Origin: Antedon mediterranea | Taxonomy: Eukaryota > Animalia > Echinodermata | DNA: 64,000 nucleotides | Direction of reading: 5' to 3' | Assembly: GCF_964355755.1 (NCBI RefSeq) | Contig: NC_092678.1 | Span: 25,437,365-25,501,364, forward strand | Part shown: positions 48,915-61,126 of the stretch, in pieces | How the letters are laid out: the number at the start of each line of letters is the position of its first letter | Position numbering within the stretch: the first letter of the stretch is position 1 | Position numbers and translations under genes: made by a program | The notes under the pieces: generated by a model | Told to the model about the DNA's origin: nothing | The model's database searches: none | What the model saw: the letters and a program-made list of their open reading frames with translations, nothing else

Positions 48915-50700
48915 TAAAAATATAATATATTATTGAATTAGATAAATGGTAGATAATATGGTGGGCGGTAAATATTTATATATTATATATTAAGTGTAGT
49001 CTTTCTATGTCTCCATGCAGCAGTTAAGTATTGTTTACAGTGATAGTCTACAATTTCACCGATTCTCTCAAATGGAAATTCTAAATAAAGGTCATCAAGT
49101 AAAATATGATGTTGGTATTCGATTGTACCACTTCTAAAATTCTCCCAGAATGTATCATAACCACAATACAATAAATCCATTTTTAGTAAGTTAAAATGTG
49201 TTTCTCTTACATTTTTAAGGTTTGAACATTCAAGTAGAAAATGGTCTGTAGTTTCAATTAACTGATTGTTGCATAGCTTGCAAAAACCAGTCTCATTTTC
49301 TGACCATGTATTTTTTCTACCTTCTAAATCAAGAGAGTTAGACCTCGCTTTAAACTTTAAACTAATGGAATCAAAATTCACCATATCAAACATGTATGTC
49401 TCTGCTTTAGGTTCATGTTTATATTTCAAATATTCGGAGAGGGTTGACTTTGTTTTTGCACCTTCTAACCATTCCTTGATATTTTCTAGAGAGTTGGCAT
49501 GTGTAAAACTCTTGAACCATTGACTTTCCGGATTTAAATTAAACTTATTTCCTAAATCAAATTTACATAATAAATCTTTGATATGGTTAATCCACTTCCA
49601 TTTCACCTTATCTTCTACATCCATTATAGATCTACATAGTAGTTTTTGCCACCTTTGGTCATCCATATTTTTAATTCTGTTAAAATAGGACATCCTAAAT
49701 TTATTTTGGATGGTGTAGAGTGTCTCCCATCCTAGGTCACCAATCAATGCCGCTTTCGCGACGTTTCTTGGTGCCTTCAAAATAATTCTAGCCATTTGGT
49801 ATTGTAAATTTTCTAACTTATTTAGTGAACCTTTAGAGTTACATAACCATATTGCAGAGGCGTAATTAATTGTTGGTAATCCTATCGTTCTCCATAAAAG
49901 ATCACCATAGTATACCCTATTGAAATCATTCTGATTGTTTATAATAGAGGTAATATAGGCTATTATCCTATTTCCCTTTTTGATTACTTCATTGATATTG
50001 TCAGAATCTGTATATGAACGTGATATTATTACACCAAGATATTTATACCTTTCTATTTCTGTGATATAATGATTACCAAGGCTCCATGTTCTATGTGGAT
50101 TTACTCTTTGCCCTGTGACCAGCACATTTGATTTGTCAAAATTAAACTCTAATTTCCATGCTTGTGAATAATCACTTGCTACTTTAAGTAGTTTCACAAG
50201 TTCAGACTCATTGTCACCGATTAAAACCACGTCATCAGCAAAAAATAGTGCACCTATTTGTGTGCCATAGATTTGAACACCTAGTTTATGACTTTTGATT
50301 AGATTATTTAGTTCGTTAATGTAAATAGAAAAAAGAACTGGTGACAATGAACAGCCTTGTTTCACTCCTTCATTAATGCTAAACTTATCAGATTCTATGT
50401 CATTGAACAAAACTTTGCATTTAACATCATCGTATATATTTCTTAGTAAGTTAAGGAGTTTACCACGGATACCAATTCTTTTGGCAGCCGTAATTAACCC
50501 TTGTTGCCAGACTGAATCAAAGGCTTTTTTAAAGTCCAAAAAGGCCAGAAATGTTTTTTTACCCTCAGCACGCCTTGTGGCGATAATGCTTTTCAAGACA
50601 AAAATGTGGTCTTCACATCTTCTGTCTGTCCGAAAGCCCCCTTGGACTTCACCAAGGATGCCATTTTCTTCTAAAAATTGAGAAATATTATATGCAATAA
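48339..50700 (-). mobile_element. 5'-truncated non-LTR retrotransposon (LINE)
   Basis: RT ORF plus AT-rich 3' UTR ending in aataaatttatctaaatttatct; interrupts the conserved 3'-flank motif ggcagtta|acctctat seen intact near 11530 and 53400. Confidence 0.85.
48983..50596 (-). CDS. LINE ORF2 fragment: reverse transcriptase with C-terminal CCHC zinc finger
   Basis: Motifs FLDFKKAFDSV, GVKQGCSLSPVLF, FADD, YKYLGV and CKLC...HFLLEC; no stops; frame continues upstream (QGGFRTDRRCEDHIF) to about 50700. Confidence 0.92.
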   Translation of the reverse strand: MKSIIATRRAEGKKTFLAFLDFKKAFDSVWQQGLITAAKRIGIRGKLLNLLRNIYDDVKCKVLFNDIESDKFSINEGVKQGCSLSPVLFSIYINELNNLIKSHKLGVQIYGTQIGALFFADDVVLIGDNESELVKLLKVASDYSQAWKLEFNFDKSNVLVTGQRVNPHRTWSLGNHYITEIERYKYLGVIISRSYTDSDNINEVIKKGNRIIAYITSIINNQNDFNRVYYGDLLWRTIGLPTINYASAIWLCNSKGSLNKLENLQYQMARIILKAPRNVAKAALIGDLGWETLYTIQNKFRMSYFNRIKNMDDQRWQKLLCRSIMDVEDKVKWKWINHIKDLLCKFDLGNKFNLNPESQWFKSFTHANSLENIKEWLEGAKTKSTLSEYLKYKHEPKAETYMFDMVNFDSISLKFKARSNSLDLEGRKNTWSENETGFCKLCNNQLIETTDHFLLECSNLKNVRETHFNLLKMDLLYCGYDTFWENFRSGTIEYQHHILLDDLYLEFPFERIGEIVDYHCKQYLTAAWRHRKTTLNI

Positions 50701-51630
50701 AAACCTCTATGGATAACGAATATCATACTGCATTTGCTTAAAAAGATGTATAGAATAGAATTTTGATGGTAAAGGTAAAATATTTTTTCTGGTTCTCAAG
50801 CTTAACTGCAAACTGAGGAAATTTGGGTTAGGCCCTCCGCGTACCCACGGCAGCCTACTACTTTGTTTGGCTATCTCCCATCAGGCTTCCCAGGATCTGT
50901 TCCATAGTGCTAAACAAATGTTTGATACAGTATAAAAGATTAGGCCCTACAGGCATAGTCTAGCCTAGTAATAATAATGCTATTTCCAGGTGCACTAGAC
51001 TGCTATGAATTATTTAATATGTTTTTTATATCTTGTATGTTATCTATATCTACATGCTTTCTTGCTTTGACATAATATTTTGTATACTATAACATTAACA
51101 AAGTTATTAAAAAGTTTCTGACGCAAAACCACTATTTTCATAAATTGGTTTTATTGTTTTACAATAAAATATGGATAGTTAACACCTTTAAAAACTTGAT
51201 AAATACCACAACAAAATTGGTCTTTCTATGGACCAGAGATTCCGAAATAAAAGATTGAATTGAATTGAATTATCGCAATTAAAGAAAACACTAACCACTC
51301 TATTTCAAGTTGTTTCAGAAATAATATCCATATACCGGTACCTTTAAAAAACACATGAACACTGGCGTCTCTTAGATTCCAACAGAAGACATTTTAAAGG
51401 ACATTAAATTGAATTCGGTGTCAATGTTATTTTGTTGTGACTATTAATATTTTATGTATTTCTTAGAAGGATGAGTGCTTAATATTTAAAATATTATTGT
51501 TTTAAAGTATTACAGTATGATTATCTAAAAATGTTTGTTTTACGATTAACACATTTGTTGTTGAACCTGCTTCTTTGCTGTTTGTAGAACTACGTCTGTA
51601 CTGCCTAAGGACAAACAACATAAGGAGGAA

Positions 51631-53250
51631 ATGACACAGGAGGAAAATGTGTATATGGAAGTAATAGCCGGTGAGGAGATACAGAGTACAGAGAAAGGAA
51701 TAGGCAAGTGTCAATATAGTGATGTAGATGCAGTTCCTCCTGGAAAACAAGTGGTGATTGTACAGCAGAAGCAACACCATGTTTCACTTGGTATTGCCGT
51801 TGCATGTGTCATTCTTGTATGTATTGTAGTAGCAGTTTTCAGTATCATGACTATCCAGTCACATAACGTAAGTAGGTGCAATTATGACAGAAAACATTAC
51901 AATACCTGTAGTAGTATTGACAGCATGTTGTTGACAAAATATGATTACTTAGTAGATCAGATAGTGGTTGCAAAAACAGGTTACCTATGTCAAGTACATA
52001 ATTGGCTAGATATAATAGAAATAACTTAAACCAAATTTTAACATCTTGTATATTACAATACTTTTTTTGGCTTTAATCTAGGAAAACATACGTTCACAAA
52101 CTAAAGGTAGGCTTTTTTATACCCTTCAAACACAATATTAAATAAGGAAAATAAAGGTTCGGTCCCTTTACAAATCTCATATATTTATTTATTATTTATT
52201 TACTTGATGTGTATAGAAGGCTGCTATGAATGCTAACCCTAAAAAAAGACCAGGCTCCTATGCTGGGTTGTAAATGGGACTAAAATTTGCTTTGCAAATT
52301 GTCCCAGCTTAGGTGGAGCTAGCAGTCAGAGCATGATGTTGTGTGATCTGTAAAACTGAATAATTGGTTGTCTTGTTGTTTGACTTGAAATCAATTTAAA
52401 AAAAATGATCAGTCATGGTCAATCAGCGAGGTCAATCAGCGAGGTCAATCAGCGAGGTCAATCAGCGAGGGGATCAAAACCCAGAATCGCAAATGATCTT
52501 GTATTAAAATTTAAATGATATTAAATAATTTTGTTTAATTTATAGTTTATAGTTTATACACACGTTGGGGGCGTATGTATTGTCCAAGTACTGCTGAATT
52601 AGTATACAAAGGTATTTAAATAAAATGTTTTAAAATGTAATGAAGATACTATGGCTTTGCAGAACATTGTAAATAATACTTATTAATGTTTTGAGGTAAT
52701 ACTATAGTCCAATATTTAGGGTATATTTATATTTCTAGGTGTGATGTCTGGAGCACCACATAATGATACTGGGAGTGGTACAAACTATCTTTGTTTACCT
52801 GACCAACCACGATACAAGTTCACAATGGCGGGCTATCAAATCACGAGAGGATCAATTACTGCTGTGGAATTCAGGGAATCACAAAAAGACTTCAAACCAA
52901 CAAAAGATCTCCATGGTGTAAACTTTCCTTGCGCCGTTTGTCAAGCTCCACGAAGTGTCTCGTTACTTTTGCCAGCGGATACTAAATGCCCAATTGGTTG
53001 GATTACAGAGTTTAGCGGATACATGATGGCTTCTAGAAAGGACGAAACACGTGCAGAATACGTCTGTGTAGATAAAAGTCCATCTTACATAAAGGGTTCA
53101 AAAAAATCTGATGGTGATGCGGACTGGGAAATGGCCAGCAGGCTATTTCTTGTTGAGGGCCGATGCAATGCAGAAGCTGCAGTTGGAGGGTTGCCTTGTC
53201 CACCTTACGTTGATGGTTACGAGTTGACTTGTGCAATTTGTACACATTAA
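51631..53250 (+). CDS. Copy H: type II TM C4-like domain protein, intact, near-duplicate of D
   Basis: Exons 51631-51867, 52082-52106, 52546-52611 and 52739-53250. Confidence 0.88.
52417..52470. repeat. 13-bp tandem expansion (ggtcaatcagcga, 4 copies) in intron 2 of copy H
   Basis: Single unit in the paralogous intron of D at about 22150. Confidence 0.85.
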
Positions 53251-55125
53251 TTTACTTTATTTTGACACTGTAATGGTGATACAGGTGTCATAGGGTCTTG
53301 CATGCCAATTTGTATGCTTCATTTTTATTGGTTCGTTGCAATGGGTCTTGTGCTAACTTGCCAAGTTTGTACTCTGTAAATTTATAACACCTTTTGGCAG
53401 TTAACATCTATAATAACCTCTATGGATAACGAATATCATACTGCATTTGCTTAAAAAGATGTATAGAATAGATTTTTATGGTAAAAAATAAATAAATGTA
53501 CTGTCTTTGTTTGGCTATCTCCCATCAGGCTTCCCAGGATCTGTTCCATAGTGCTAAACAAATGTTTGATACAGTATAAAAGATTATAGGCCCTACAGGC
53601 ATAGTCTAGCCTAGTAATAATAATGCTATTTCCAGGTGCACTAGACTGCTATGAATTATTTAAAATGTTTTTTATATCTTGTATGTTTTCTATATCTACA
53701 TGCTTTTCTTGCTTTGACATAATATTTTGTATACTATAACATTAACAAAGTTATTAAAATTTCTCACGCAAAACCACTATTTTCGTAAATCGTTTTTATT
53801 GTTTTACAATTGAGTGTTTGTACATTTATATTCAGTCAACTTTCGTAAAAATGTTGCAAGACAAAAATATAGTTTTGATATTTTAGCATTGTCATGAACA
53901 TAACCGTGTTTAACCCATCTGTATTAAGGGTCTTTTACAACTGTTTCAGCACGGAGCCATGTGAAAACAAAACATTGATGTTTGGTTTGATTTACCAGCG
54001 CCGGAGCGGAACTCTGCCGGAACGAGTGTGAACGTTTTTTTAGTAATTTATTTGATATATTATATCAACATTGCCAATATCATCAATAAAATATGAATAG
54101 TTAAACAACTTTAAAAACTTTATAAATACCACAAAAAAATTGGTCTAAAGTGAGACGTTTCGTCTCACCAAAAGTGGGCCGAATCGTCCCGGATTTATCG
54201 TAAAGCTCTGTCTACACTATGAAACTTGTTTGACAAAAAAGTGTGATGTGCCCAAATATGGTAGTGATGTGCTCAAATATGGCAGGTAGTGATATAGCGT
54301 GTCCATATAAATATCAGCACTTCACATTTTTTTGTCGTATAAAGTTTGATAGTGTAGACAAAGCATTAAACAAATAAAATTGATATTAAATCATTATTTC
54401 TTAAATTAATAATTATATCAATTGATGAAAAAATAATAATTAAAATTGTTACATCAAAAAGTCGAGTGGCTTTTTTTGTAAGAAATATTCTTGTTTATCC
54501 TCTATTCATGGTGTTGCAAAGAATATTTTTGCCAAAACACTGAGATGAGTAGTAGTAATTAGTACAGTCTTTAATTCCATATGTAATTTTACTTCATATG
54601 GACCGTAAATTCCGAAATAAAATATTTGAATGCCTGATTTTTCCTCAGGGGCCCTCATAAGCTCATAGCCGTTACACCATTGCTTTGACCGTTCTCAAGT
54701 TTTATATACACAGTACTGTATCGCAAACTTTATATCAAAACAAATCGTTACCCGTAGAAGAACCACCAAAATTATGTTTCGTAGAAAACGAACGAAAGCT
54801 GATATTTGTACTATATTGAAATTAAGAATGTGTTTCAATTTGTGTCGTATATAGGCCTACACATCTGATCAGGATTGATTTACGGATATAGTATGCCAAC
54901 TTGCAATTTAATCTAGATATATTATCTCTTTGAAAAGATGTGTTGTGGTAATATTTAGTAAAAATGAGAAAATATTTTAATGTAGTAAACAAGAATGAGA
55001 ACAATAAGGTATTATTTGGGAGTGCTAAATAGTTCCTCAATATGCGGTTTTGCTGTTGGTATAAATACTGATTTTAGTATTAGGACGGACAAACAAACAG
55101 CAAACAACAGAAAGAATCAAGAATC

Positions 55126-56970
55126 ATGGCAGAGATGGATAATATGTATTGTAGTAGCAGTTTTCAGTATGATGACTATCCAGTCACATAAATCCTTCAT
55201 TGAGCATCTTACGAGAATCGAAGTAAGTTTAGGTGTGATCAGCTGAGAATAATAGGACTTTCGATTTGCAAGATTAGATGTTATGTTGATTTATTGTGAA
55301 AATACAGGGACATGGTGACGCACTTCATAGTAGAAGATTCTTTGACACAATTTTGTCAGTTTCCAGACACAATAATTTATAATTTGAAAAGCTATAACAT
55401 CATGCATGTGATGTTAACATTATTGTTATTGATTATTAATTTTGTTGCCTTTATATTAGGAAAACGTGTTAAAGGGTGCAAATTTACAAATTAAAGGTAA
55501 GCTTTATACCAGGACAGTATATTGAATAATAATATCAAAAACACCAAGGAATACAGGCAATGAAATAATATTACGGTAGGGTTAGATTTTTAAAACAATG
55601 TAAAATATATCTATATTTCTGCTATGTTTGTCAATTATTTTTATACCATAGGAAAAAGTCTGGTTAGCATGTCCAGATGTTTTGCTTTGTGTACAGCACA
55701 GAGGCAAGCACAGTCTTTATATCATTCAAAGCCCTAAATTAAATCATAAATTGTGTATTTAGTATCAATACAACATTTACAGGTTTTTGTTACTTTGTTC
55801 CCATAGTTCCTGAGTCTACTAAAATTACTCTATTCACTCGTTGGGGGCGTACTGATTGTCCTAATAGTGCGGAATTGATCTACAAAGGTAAATTGTTTAG
55901 TTCTTTGTTTTTTTCATATATGATTGTTTTAATATATGTTTTTATGAATGCCCTGGCTTGATTTTCAGCATATGCTGTTTAGGGTAACCCCCTTTAAACA
56001 AGGTTTAAAGATATATTTTTTACATTTTTTGTTGTTGAATATGCCATTTTATTGTCACATAATAGTTATCCACTTTGAAAAAAAAATAGAAAAATATTTA
56101 TTTACCTGAAAAAACTGTAATTTAAAGCAAAATATAGTCAAATAGGCTGCTAGCCAATGGGTTTTTGGTTGAATTTGACCATTTATTTGTCATTTAATAT
56201 GAGAAAACGTTATTTTTTTTGGTTTTTTTTTTCACGGAGGGATTAACTTTATTAAAACTACAAAATAACCTATTCAAAATCTGATTTAGTTAGTCTTCAT
56301 TTTTCATGTTTTTGGGGGACAATACATATTTAATAAATTAAATTAAACCTTATTGATAGTTTCTGTATTATTATTGTTTATTTGTTATATTGTCATTATC
56401 TATGATCCCATTTACTACATTTGAAAAATAAACCTAATTAGTGGTAAACTCTTAACAATCCTAGGTAGGACAGCAGGGCCACCATATGGTTCAACTGGAA
56501 GTGGCGCAAACTATCTCTGTCTGACTGACAACCCACAATACAAGTTTACGGTAGGATTATCTCAAGTCGAAAGAGGGTCAGTTTATGGTACAGAATACAG
56601 GTACGGAGATTTTAAGTTTACTCCACTGAAGGACAATCACTTCTATGATGTTCCTTGTGCCATTTGTCAAGCCCCACGAAGTGTCACACTTATGATTCCA
56701 GCTGTTACAGAATGTCCAAACAGTTGGACTAAAGAATATGATGGATATTTAATGACCTCTCGAGACGACCGTAAGCGTACAGAGTTCATCTGCGTTGATG
56801 AAAACCAGTGTCTTGTTCCTGGTAGGGATAGCGCCCGTCGGCAACTTCCTGATACAGAAGCCAGTACGTTGTTCCTTGTTGAGGGAAAATGCAATCATTC
56901 TGGTGGTGGATTGAATTGTTCGGTGTATGGAGATAGTCTTGAGCTATCTTGCGTGGTTTGTACTCTGTAA
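55126..56970 (+). pseudogene. Copy I: A-type ectodomain with a frameshifting deletion of the tail and most of the TM in exon 1
   Basis: Exon 1 (55126-55222) lacks 167 nt relative to F, between two tatgtat repeats, giving MAEMDNMYCSSSFQYDDYPVT*; exons 55460-55496, 55807-55887 and 56465-56970 remain open. Confidence 0.8.
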
Positions 56971-58892
56971 ACTCAAGACCACTGCGAAGCCAGTATTAAC
57001 ATTCTTTAAAAGATATGTAGAAGGAAACATAAATTGCTTTTGAATTATATGCACATAGCCTAGTAGTAGTAATAATATTAATAACTTTATTTGAAAACAG
57101 AAAACTTGATCCGTTTTTAACAAGGCCGTTACAGTATATAAAACTATTTACAAAAAACAACAAACAATTAAAGAAATAAAAGAAGTAGAATGTAACTAAA
57201 ACAATACAAAAGTTGAAAGGTGTTTACAAATGCAAAGTTTAAACCATAACAAACAAAACTTAATAATGATTTGTTTTTAAATTCATGTACACTTGGAGCG
57301 TAGCAATCAAGTGATTAAATAAATTTCCATCTATCCATCAGCAAAAAAATCTTTTTTTGGACCTCCGTTTTTCTTCCGAGAATTCTTTGTGTGAAAAAAA
57401 TCTTTGAAAACAAACAAAACAATTCTTTTTTTCTAATCTATTTTGTATGATTTTTGTTTATACCAAGACAACAACGTCATGCTTTCCAGTCAATGTTTTG
57501 ATATATATATAGTATATATAATTATTTTGCACTTGCACTTATAAAGGGTTAGTGTTGCCCGAGAGCTCTGCTAATGTTTCTGACTGTTTTACTTTATTGT
57601 TTTGATTTAGCTTTTTCCTTATTTTTTTAGTATCTCCATTGAGATCCAGCCACTGATACCCACAGCACTGATACTCACAGCATTGACATTTTGTATCTCC
57701 ATTGAGATCTAACTACTGATACCCACAGCATTGTCATTTTTTCAGTAATTTGCCTTTGGATTTATATTTCTATAATTATTTTGTTCTATAATAACAAATA
57801 TAATAAAGCATTTTTGACACAAAAAAGTATATTTTTATCTCATAAATCGTTTTTATTGTTTTACAATTGAGTATTTGTACATTTATATTCCATCAGTCAA
57901 CTTTCGTAAAAATGTTGCAAGACAAAAATATAATTTTGATATTTTAGCATTGTCATGAACATAACCGTGTTTAAATCATCTGTATTAAGGGTCTTTTACA
58001 ACTGTTCCAGCACAGAGCCACGTGAAAACAAAACATTGACGTTCGGTTTGATTTGCCAGCGCTGGAGTGGAACCGTGCCGAACGAGTGTGAACTTAAATT
58101 ATCGTACTGTAGCTAGTAGGCCTATACTTGTATCTTGTAGATGAGATCATCCATTTGTGTGCTTCGTACAAAATGATTCGTGATGTCATGAAAGTGACAA
58201 CATGATTACAGACAATTATGTTGTTACTAATCTAACAAAAACAATAGATATAGCATACCAAACCAAAAGAATGCACGCTACTGTATGATTGCAAGGGGGA
58301 GGGGGGGGGGATTAAGCCATACAAAATAGTAAAGATAAAAAGCTGTACATCTCTGTCACAAATTATAATAAATCTGATATTTGATACATATATACTCTTA
58401 ATTTATTTAGCAAATCTTAAAGAAAATTTCAACAATAAAACTCTTACAAATATATTTCTACCTTAAATTTAAAGATGCCACCACAGTTTCATAATAATTT
58501 TTACAAAAGTGTACCAAAGCTCTCTGTCTACAATGTCAAACTAGTTTGAAGTGTGATGTGCCCAAATATGGTAGTTATATGCCCAAATATGGTAGTGATA
58601 TGACATCATCATGTCCATATATGGGCACATCACATTTTTTTTGTCACATAAACATTGATAGTTTAGACAGAGTTTAAACAATACATGTCTATGTAAATAT
58701 ACATATCTGAGTACAATACAATTGAAACTACAATCAATTTCAGTGTAATTTATTATTTACATAATACACACTTTACAAATAACAAGGTATACAAACAGTT
58801 AATTATGATTATTTAAATAATTAATACAAAATAATAATTAAAAAAAAAGAACATAAAAATGAAAGAACTAGGATTTTATTGTAATAAATAAG

Positions 58893-58923
<31 letters not shown>

Positions 58924-59153
58924 CTTTATTTTTCACACAACATTCATAAAAATATAAATAAAAAATTAAGTACAATAAAGTGTGAAAATCAGGATAACCA
59001 CAGTTAGTTGCTTGTTTAAAAAAAGAAGAGCTACCATTCGTTTTAAATAAAAATACAAATTAAAATGACACGATAAAGCTATATTCACACATTCAGACAG
59101 CAAGCTTTTAGATTCTTTATATGTTTTTTTATTTAACAAGATGCAGTGTGAAT

Positions 59154-59370
59154 TTAGCTTAATAATGCTAACAAATCCTTTCTCAATGTCAAAATACCGT
59201 CCTTAACGCTTGGTTCCACTTGCGCCGCAACATAACGCAATGCCCTTCCAATAATTGTGTTTGCCCCTGCCTGCATGAAATCAAAACTGCGATGTTTGTT
59301 GGGAACCATGCTTAAGGTCAATTTACACATACGACTGGTAATGGTAATAAACAAAGCGATGATGCGATTA
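59154..59370 (-). CDS. Putative terminal exon of an unidentified gene extending beyond the right window edge
   Basis: Acceptor ttttaaaatag, 71-codon open frame to TAA, AATAAA downstream; one amino-acid difference from the 24376 copy. Confidence 0.4.
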
Positions 59371-61126
59371 CTATTTTAAAAATGTAATGTTTATAGCAGA
59401 AATGTAGCTATAGTTTTAATATACCATAACTATGGTAAGTTTAAATATGGACACATTGGTTTTCTTAATTTATGTAATTTATTACATTGACTTTGTTGGT
59501 TTTTATATTACAAGTAATATGGATACCATTAACATATATCAATTTATGCATAGCGAAATTAATTAAGTTAACAGTGATTGAGAAAAAGTAGGTCCACCTA
59601 GATTCGCACCCAGAATGCTTGATATAAAGATGTCCTACCATTAGACCATTATCATACATATGAAATATGAAATCACAAATTTAACAAAAAAATCAAAATT
59701 GTTTTTAAACCATGGTCACTTTTAACATAATTTACTTCACTAATGATTTATTTTCTCATTATTTTAAACTAAAATTACATTTTTTGTTAATGTTTATATT
59801 TATTAAGAATATTTAGTTTATCTTACGATCCATTAAAAGTTCTTGAATATTTATTAGTCTTAAGTAAGGTCACAACTAATTTGCATATCAGGTGAAAAGT
59901 TGTTGTTGCTAATGCTTAGTCAAGCATACTACAGCCAAGCTAAGTACCACAGGCCTAGCTTTACTGGATATAATATGCATTATTTTTTACTGGAATTATG
60001 GATATTTTTAGAATTATCATAATCTTAGGTGAGTTAAACTATTATTTTAATTATTATGAAGTTGTATGAATAATGTTCTTTATAATAAATTATCATTGTT
60101 TACAAGACTGTCTGAGGGTGTGCTTAGCCTGAGCTCATGCTTTGGTTGCTCACTGCTAGCTTACCACCACACTACCACCATCCACTACTACTAAGCTCAC
60201 AGCACAGCCTTTGGCAGCCTAGACTTCTTGGTCTTATTTTTTGTTCTAATCTAAAATATAGTCTTATATGTATGTAAGGGTCAGTGTTCTCGGTCTATAT
60301 AATTTAAATATCAGGTGGTTTTTTATGTAATAACATTTACACAAAACGCGGAGTGGACAGGCGGTTTTTTCGCTCAAAGTAGATACAGATTCGACGTGGG
60401 ACAAGCTACGCGGTTTTTCGCTTACAGTTACCGCTCGTCTGTGTAAATTGCCTTTTGAACGACCAGATTATTTCTATATGAAACATTAGGTGTAAAACAT
60501 CCGAGTTTACTCAAGTTTTCCCCTGAAAATGCAAGGATTTGTAGCTACAAAACAAAACAATAATAAAGAAAAGAAATATTTACATTTCATGCTAAAACCT
60601 ATAATACACTATAAACATTATAAAAAACTGATTTATGAAATTAACAATATATTTCACTCTCTCCCCCGAATGTTCATGCAGTGCCGACATTAATGTTGTT
60701 TTCAAAAAAAAAAACAAACACGCATGTAGCTTTGTAACCTGCAGTGATTTTATAAAGAGAATTTGAAGTAAAAAAAGAAAAAAAAAATGTCCTATACTGT
60801 ACATTATAAACATGCTATTATTAAAACCATCTAAAAGTAGTATTATTTTTATATATTCCCATGTTTTATACAAAAAGACATTTTCTTCAAATAACTTAAG
60901 TTTTCATGTTATTGATGCTGTATAAAATTAAAATATTATTGTAATTAAATTATTATTTTATAATGTTCTCTTTAATATTCACATTTTAAATAATATACAT
61001 CTCAACTACTAGTTAAAATTAAAATACAAAGTTGATCTTAAGTTCTGTCTACACTACCAAACTTTATGTTACAAAAAAATGTGATGTGCCCATATATGGA
61101 CATGATGATATCATATCACTACCATA

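Noticed and set aside
48865-48915. Long A-run as a plus-strand retrocopy tail
   Set aside because: It lies within the minus-strand LINE 3' UTR as a T-rich and (TA)n tract; the element's real tail is at about 48339-48360
7149-56970. Annotation of the family as true short-chain collagens
   Set aside because: No Gly-X-Y repeat exon is visible between the TM exon and the C4-like domain in any copy
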